DNA of 64,000 nucleotides from Candidatus Poseidoniales archaeon (GTDB taxonomy: Archaea; Thermoplasmatota; Poseidoniia; Poseidoniales; Poseidoniaceae), in NCBI GenBank assembly GCA_038105035.1, contig JAYOBT010000006.1:4704-68703 (forward strand). The letters are read 5' to 3'. Shown piece after piece: positions 59,892 to 64,000 of the stretch (the first letter of the stretch is position 1; every line of letters begins with the position of its first letter). The position numbers and the translations under genes were made by a program. The notes beneath the pieces are model-generated. The model made no database searches, had not been told where the DNA came from, and saw only the letters and a program-made list of their open reading frames with translations.

Positions 59892-60547
59892 CAGGCTTCA
59901 CCTCCATCTTCTGCGCTTGGTGCTGCTGCTGCAGCTTCAGCGACTTCATCGGCGAATGGCTTGGTTGCTTCTGGATCGACTTCTTCTTCGTCGACAGCAT
60001 ACTCAGCCATTTCACGGCGTCCGTCAATGGCCTTGCGGATGTCATGATCTGGGTTGTTGAGTTCGCTTGATGGGTGGTATTGGATGATCTCTTCCTCGTC
60101 ACGGGTGACAGGATAGGAAGGGATTGTGACCTTTTGGTCGCCAATGCAAATGTGACCGTGGGTTACCAGTTGTCGTGCTTGCTTGAGTGAGCAAGCAAGA
60201 CCCTTGTAGTAGACTTGTGCTTGGAGACGTCGGTTGAGGATGTCCTCTGCGTTGAGCGAGAGAATGTCGTCAAGAGATGCTTCCTTGGTGATGAGGCCCT
60301 TGTGGTGAAGAGAACGAAGAAGGTCGTCCTTCTCTCGCATTCCGTGACCCTCGGTGGTGTCAATCATACCGATCAAGCGCATGGCTTGACGTCGATGGCG
60401 GCGGAGTTGGGACTTGGCCTTCCAAATCTCACGCATGTTCTTCAAGCCGTGATTGGCTTGGATGAGATGCTCTTCTTCGATTCGTGCCTTCTTCCATGGA
60501 TGCGGAGGCGTATCGAACTTTGGTCTGGAAAACTTTGGCTCACCCAT
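59891..60547 (-). CDS. rps4: 30S ribosomal protein S4 (uS4) with a ~45-aa acidic/Ala-rich C-terminal extension
   Basis: [18 protein letters not shown]...[41 protein letters not shown] (S4 domain). The tail is ...[34 protein letters not shown]. Confidence 0.9.
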   Translation of the reverse strand: MGEPKFSRPKFDTPPHPWKKARIEEEHLIQANHGLKNMREIWKAKSQLRRHRRQAMRLIGMIDTTEGHGMREKDDLLRSLHHKGLITKEASLDDILSLNAEDILNRRLQAQVYYKGLACSLKQARQLVTHGHICIGDQKVTIPSYPVTRDEEEIIQYHPSSELNNPDHDIRKAIDGRREMAEYAVDEEEVDPEATKPFADEVAEAAAAAPSAEDGGEA

Positions 60548-60559
60548 ACTTCATCACCC

Positions 60560-61030
60560 TCATGCTTTCTTTCGGCTTACACCGAGCGTTAGGCCACCAC
60601 GGCCATTGCTTCGTCCGCGCTGACCACGGACCTTGTTGCCGCTAGCGTGGCGAACACCACGGTAGCACTTCATGGTTCGAAGACGGTTGATGTCTTCTTC
60701 GAGTGTGAGTTTGACCTCTTGTCCGGTCAAGTGGATGTCGTTGCCGGTTTCAACATCGGCCGCACGGTTAACCATCCAGTAAGGAACGTTGTTGACGTAA
60801 TCCTCGATCGCAAGTCGGAGTGTTTCTTGCTGCTCTGGGCTGAGGTGGCCAGCCATTCGAGCAGGGTCGAATCCAGTGGACTTGCAGATTTGGATAGCAC
60901 TACGTACGCCGATTCCCTTCACCGAGGTCAATGCAGATGAGAGCGGCTTGAGACCGTCCATATCCGTATCAGCCATTCGGAGAATGTATGAAAAATCGTC
61001 GCCGAGTTCCTCTTCTTTTCCTTTTGCCAT
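60560..61030 (-). CDS. rps13: 30S ribosomal protein S13 (uS13)
   Basis: ILRMADTDMDGLKPLSSALTSVKGIGVRSA...YRGVRHASGNKVRGQRGRSNGR. AGGTGG lies 6 nt upstream of the ATG. Confidence 0.9.
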   Translation of the reverse strand: MAKGKEEELGDDFSYILRMADTDMDGLKPLSSALTSVKGIGVRSAIQICKSTGFDPARMAGHLSPEQQETLRLAIEDYVNNVPYWMVNRAADVETGNDIHLTGQEVKLTLEEDINRLRTMKCYRGVRHASGNKVRGQRGRSNGRGGLTLGVSRKKA

Positions 61031-61117
61031 TCTTGTCCACCTAACGTTGCGACATGATGTCGAGCAAGTTTCCGACCAACCTCCCCTATATCAAGACCGC
61101 GATGCAGGGGTCCGATT

Positions 61118-62395
61118 TCAGGTATCAGAATTATGAGGATATTGAACACAAAGGAGGAGATGATTTGAGGTTGTATGTCGCGTCAAAAACGCTTTCCTGC
61201 GGCCTTGTCGGTTGCGAAGCTGTCGATCGATGCTTCCTTGCAGACGAGGTTGAAGCGTCGCTTCAAGACCACAACGAATCGTCAACGCCGAAATGTCGTT
61301 GTCGAGGGCAGTTGCAACAATCGTGTCGATGTTGGCCTCATTAAGAGGAACATCGAGGAGTTCGACAACCCGGCCTGAGGCGACAACAAATGGGTGGGTA
61401 TCGTCTTTCAACGGCCCATTGTGATGAATGCGTGGACGGCGAGGTGATGCATCTGCCCATCGAACATCCGAAGCAGTACTCAGTTGCTCGCTTAACCATG
61501 CATCAACAAGTCCACTCTCGACCAAAGCCGCATCAAGAATCGTCACCCATTCGTTTCGACGTACTGGCTGCAAACCAACTCGTTCAAATTGAATTGTTTC
61601 CTGTTGTTCGATGACGGCATCCTCGCCGCCAAAAGTACGTGAGAGACGAACAAATCGCTTGCTGATAGCAGGGGTTGCAACACCACCAAGCCAGAGTTCA
61701 AGTCGATCCACACGTCCACCCCCACGAGACATCCACGTCCACGTCCGCTCAATGTCTGGCCAGAACGAATCAACGATGGCTTCAACGCCATCTCGAAGTT
61801 CTTGCGTCAATCGAGGAGAGAGGTCGAGCACGATACAAGGTCCACGGCTGGTGGAGGCAAGATACGGTTTCCATGCTTCGAACACGCTCGGCAGGTTGGG
61901 TTGCATCTCGTCAAGGTCGTGCGTTCGTGAGTTACGTGGACGAGCAGGGTCAAGCATGAGCACTGCAACACTGTTCGATTCAAGCCCAACCGCTGAAGCG
62001 ATAGCATCGCTCGCAGTTCCATCACCTGATACGACGAGCGAACGACGGTGCCATCCTTGATCGTACGAAGCGTAGTGACGAGCTACAGTGTTGAGATTCA
62101 GACAACTCGCAACTGCACGGTCACGGTCCAGTTCAATCCCGAGAGCGGGTTGCTTGAGACGTGAAGCATAAGCCGCCAATTGTATCCCTGAGCCACAAGC
62201 GCAATCGAGCAGCTTTCCCTTCGGCAGGTCGAATTGCGCCAAATAATCCGCTCGTGTCATGGCTACTTGCCATGGTGTTGCGAGTGGTTTTCCCTCACTC
62301 GCATGAAAAAACGAAAGATCGCTGAACGATGCATCTGGAACCGATAGACCCGTTTCGGTCTGTTCAGATGGCACCAGAACATCCAATTCAGTCAC
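61118..62395 (-). CDS. class I SAM-dependent methyltransferase (TGS1/Methyltransf_15-like layout) with a ~220-aa C-terminal domain
   Basis: LLDCACGSGIQLAAYA (motif I), LGIELDRDRA (motif II), and VLMLDPARP (motif IV position). The start is GTG at 62395, abutting the pyrE stop. The next Met is 45 codons in. Confidence 0.65.
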   Translation of the reverse strand: MTELDVLVPSEQTETGLSVPDASFSDLSFFHASEGKPLATPWQVAMTRADYLAQFDLPKGKLLDCACGSGIQLAAYASRLKQPALGIELDRDRAVASCLNLNTVARHYASYDQGWHRRSLVVSGDGTASDAIASAVGLESNSVAVLMLDPARPRNSRTHDLDEMQPNLPSVFEAWKPYLASTSRGPCIVLDLSPRLTQELRDGVEAIVDSFWPDIERTWTWMSRGGGRVDRLELWLGGVATPAISKRFVRLSRTFGGEDAVIEQQETIQFERVGLQPVRRNEWVTILDAALVESGLVDAWLSEQLSTASDVRWADASPRRPRIHHNGPLKDDTHPFVVASGRVVELLDVPLNEANIDTIVATALDNDISALTIRCGLEATLQPRLQGSIDRQLRNRQGRRKAFLTRHTTSNHLLLCVQYPHNSDT

Positions 62396-63016
62396 CTACT
62401 GAGCGATATCGGAGCGCGTAAGGATGCTTTCGAACGGAATTCCTGCTTCTGCAAAGGCCTCAACACCGCCTTCTTCTCGATCGAGAATGCTGATGACTGC
62501 GATAACATCGCACGAGGTGGTCTCACGAATGCGTTCAACAGCTTGTATCGAGGAACCTCCGGTCGTGGTGACATCTTCGAGAATGACGATGCTACCGCCG
62601 CCTGCAATGGAAGCACCCTCGATACCTGGTGGATTGTTGGTCTTTCGACCGCCTCGCCCCTTTGGGGATTTGCGGACCATGAATCCTTTCCGATGATTCG
62701 ATTCGGCACCGGTGATAACAATCGCCGTTAGCGGGACTGCACCGAGCTCAAGGCCTCCGACAAAATCGGGGCCGAGGTCGTCCAATCGATGGTTGAAGAG
62801 GTGAGCGAGTAATTTCGAGGATTCGGTATGCATCATCACGGGCTTCATGTCGAAAAACCAGCGTGATTGACGACCGGATGCAAGCGTGAATGCATCATCT
62901 GAGCCACCATCGAGGAACGCAAGTTCTCGGACGAGTTCGACCAATCGGTTCCACTCTGGTAACGATTTCAACGATGCATGAACGCTCATGCTCTGATGCT
63001 GTGGCATCCAACGCAT
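62396..63016 (-). CDS. pyrE: orotate phosphoribosyltransferase
   Basis: FTLASGRQSRWFFDMK and the PRPP loop IVILEDVTTTGGS. The start could also be M4 or M10. Confidence 0.85.
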   Translation of the reverse strand: MRWMPQHQSMSVHASLKSLPEWNRLVELVRELAFLDGGSDDAFTLASGRQSRWFFDMKPVMMHTESSKLLAHLFNHRLDDLGPDFVGGLELGAVPLTAIVITGAESNHRKGFMVRKSPKGRGGRKTNNPPGIEGASIAGGGSIVILEDVTTTGGSSIQAVERIRETTSCDVIAVISILDREEGGVEAFAEAGIPFESILTRSDIAQ

Positions 63017-63101
63017 GAATGTTGGGCTGGTAAAGGAGATGCGGTCCCGCCGATTGCATCATAAAGTCTCGACAACAACAGAGGAACAGGGGTCGAAGTT
63101 C

Positions 63102-64000
63102 ATGTCAAAAGAAGCATCGACCAACCAACTCAACCCTTTGATTGGCGTTGATGTTCCAAGGCTTGAGAAAGAAATGGAGCGCTACCAACAGATTCTCGAC
63201 GAACATGCCGATCATGCATACAGAGTCGCCGAAGAAGCGCGAAATCTTGGCCTTGACCCGAAACCGTTCGTCGAGATTCCACGCGCCAACGATCTCGCAG
63301 GTCGAACTGAAAAATTGTTGATTGAACATTTGGAGTCCTATCCAGTTGCAGACGATATTCGAGCCCTCCTTGCGGAATATGACCGTGAAACGACCTCGAT
63401 TATGATGGCCCAACGCGTTGCCAAAGGGTTCAGAGAGAAAGGATACGACATGGTCAAATCCATCGATGTTGGCTTGCGCGTCGGTCTTGCAATCTTGACC
63501 GAAGCGGTCCTCGTCGCTCCTCTGGAAGGCATCAGTGAAGTTCGCTTGTTGAACAACGTCGATGGATCTCCGTTTGTCTCCGTCCATTTCGCTGGACCCA
63601 TTCGCGCTGCGGGAGGGACGGCGCAAGCTCTTGCTGTTCTCATTGCTGATATGATTCGACGTGAATTGAATGTCGGGCCATACATTCCAAGCGATGGTGA
63701 AGTCGAGCGGGTCAAGGAAGAATTCGGCTTGTATCGAGGGAACCTGCAGTACCGTCCATCTCCTGCTGAAATCGACGAAATCGTACGAGCCTGCCCTGTC
63801 ATGATCAACGGTGAATCAACCGAGTCAATCGAATGTGCTGGATACGGTCGTGTTCGCAACATCGACGAAGCGCGTATTCGCGGTGGTGTCCTCCTCGTCA
63901 TCGGAGAAGGCATGTGTTTGAAGGCACCAAAAATCCAGAAACATACCGAACGACTCAAGGTCCCCGGATGGGATTTCATCTCCAAATTTGCATCCAAAGG
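63102..64000 (+). CDS. polC: DNA polymerase II (PolD) large subunit DP2, N-terminal ~299 codons, open at the right edge
   Basis: My own translation from the ATG at 63102: MSKEASTNQLNPLIGVDVPRLEKEMERYQQ...LVAPLEGISEVRLLNNVDGSPFVSVHFAGPIRAAGGTAQALAVLIADMIRRELNVGPYIPSDGEVERVKEEFGLYRGNLQYRPSPAEIDEIV...IRGGVLLVIGEGMCLKAPKI. It has the conserved DP2 N-terminal motifs (FAGPIRsAGGTaQA, LQY.PS..E, RGG..LV..EG..LKA.K). It is absent from the ORF track because there is no stop in the window. Confidence 0.85.
   Translation, partial: MSKEASTNQLNPLIGVDVPRLEKEMERYQQILDEHADHAYRVAEEARNLGLDPKPFVEIPRANDLAGRTEKLLIEHLESYPVADDIRALLAEYDRETTSIMMAQRVAKGFREKGYDMVKSIDVGLRVGLAILTEAVLVAPLEGISEVRLLNNVDGSPFVSVHFAGPIRAAGGTAQALAVLIADMIRRELNVGPYIPSDGEVERVKEEFGLYRGNLQYRPSPAEIDEIVRACPVMINGESTESIECAGYGRVRNIDEARIRGGVLLVIGEGMCLKAPKIQKHTERLKVPGWDFISKFASK

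Noticed and set aside
59130-60047. 305-aa plus-strand ORF
   Set aside because: It is antisense to rpoD, rps11 and rps4, all of which have strong family signatures.
63105-63997. 173-aa and 219-aa minus-strand ORFs at the right edge
   Set aside because: The plus strand, in a frame open to the window edge, encodes the highly conserved PolD DP2 N-terminus. The minus ORFs are antisense artefacts.

Overview
This window looks like a compact, almost fully coding piece of an archaeal chromosome. All calls rest on reading the supplied ORF translations and the DNA by eye against remembered family motifs. No similarity search, HMM or structure prediction was run.

Archaeal information-processing genes are clear:
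- SRP19, ribosomal protein S8e and Sec61-beta
- an S13-S4-S11-RpoD cluster
- the N-terminus of the PolD large subunit, open at the right edge and absent from the ORF track
- XerA, an Lrp/AsnC regulator and a small Toprim protein
- two tRNAs: Ser-UGA on the + strand and Arg-UCG on the - strand

Metabolic and respiratory content:
- a five-gene aa3-type heme-copper oxidase operon (coxB-coxA-coxC-coxD-like-SCO1), with extra modules fused to most subunits
- ATP-type PEP carboxykinase, bifunctional RibD, PyrE and pantoate kinase
- a GlmM-like mutase next to a standalone hexapeptide acetyltransferase, thioredoxin, RimK and an NSUN-type RNA m5C methyltransferase

A large share of the window encodes big secreted or membrane proteins:
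- a 1133-aa cysteine- and sequon-rich repeat protein
- a 1158-aa WD40 plus thrombospondin-type-3 (TSP3) repeat protein
- a 901-aa beta-propeller plus TSP3 protein
- an 859-aa membrane-anchored double winged-helix (wHTH) regulator
- a 1265-aa polytopic membrane protein
- a membrane protein with an N-terminal SAP domain

The gene content suggests an aerobic planktonic euryarchaeote of the Marine Group II/III kind. That placement is inference only.

The most interesting items:
1. The oxidase operon has no CxxCH cytochrome c, but carries a Cys-x-Cys-His domain fused to CoxA and a SCO1 fused to W-rich repeats and an EGF-like module.
2. A wHTH-STAND ATPase, giant Ca-binding adhesins and a transmembrane wHTH regulator sit together at 42984-56336.
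3. A TPD/CDIN1-like PD-(D/E)XK nuclease.
4. A LeuRS that appears to join a bacterial-type catalytic and editing core to an archaeal-type C-terminal third.
5. A Lys/Ala-rich H1-like helix-hairpin-helix (HhH) protein with a possible zinc-knuckle micro-ORF downstream.

No CRISPR array, transposase or prophage signature was seen.
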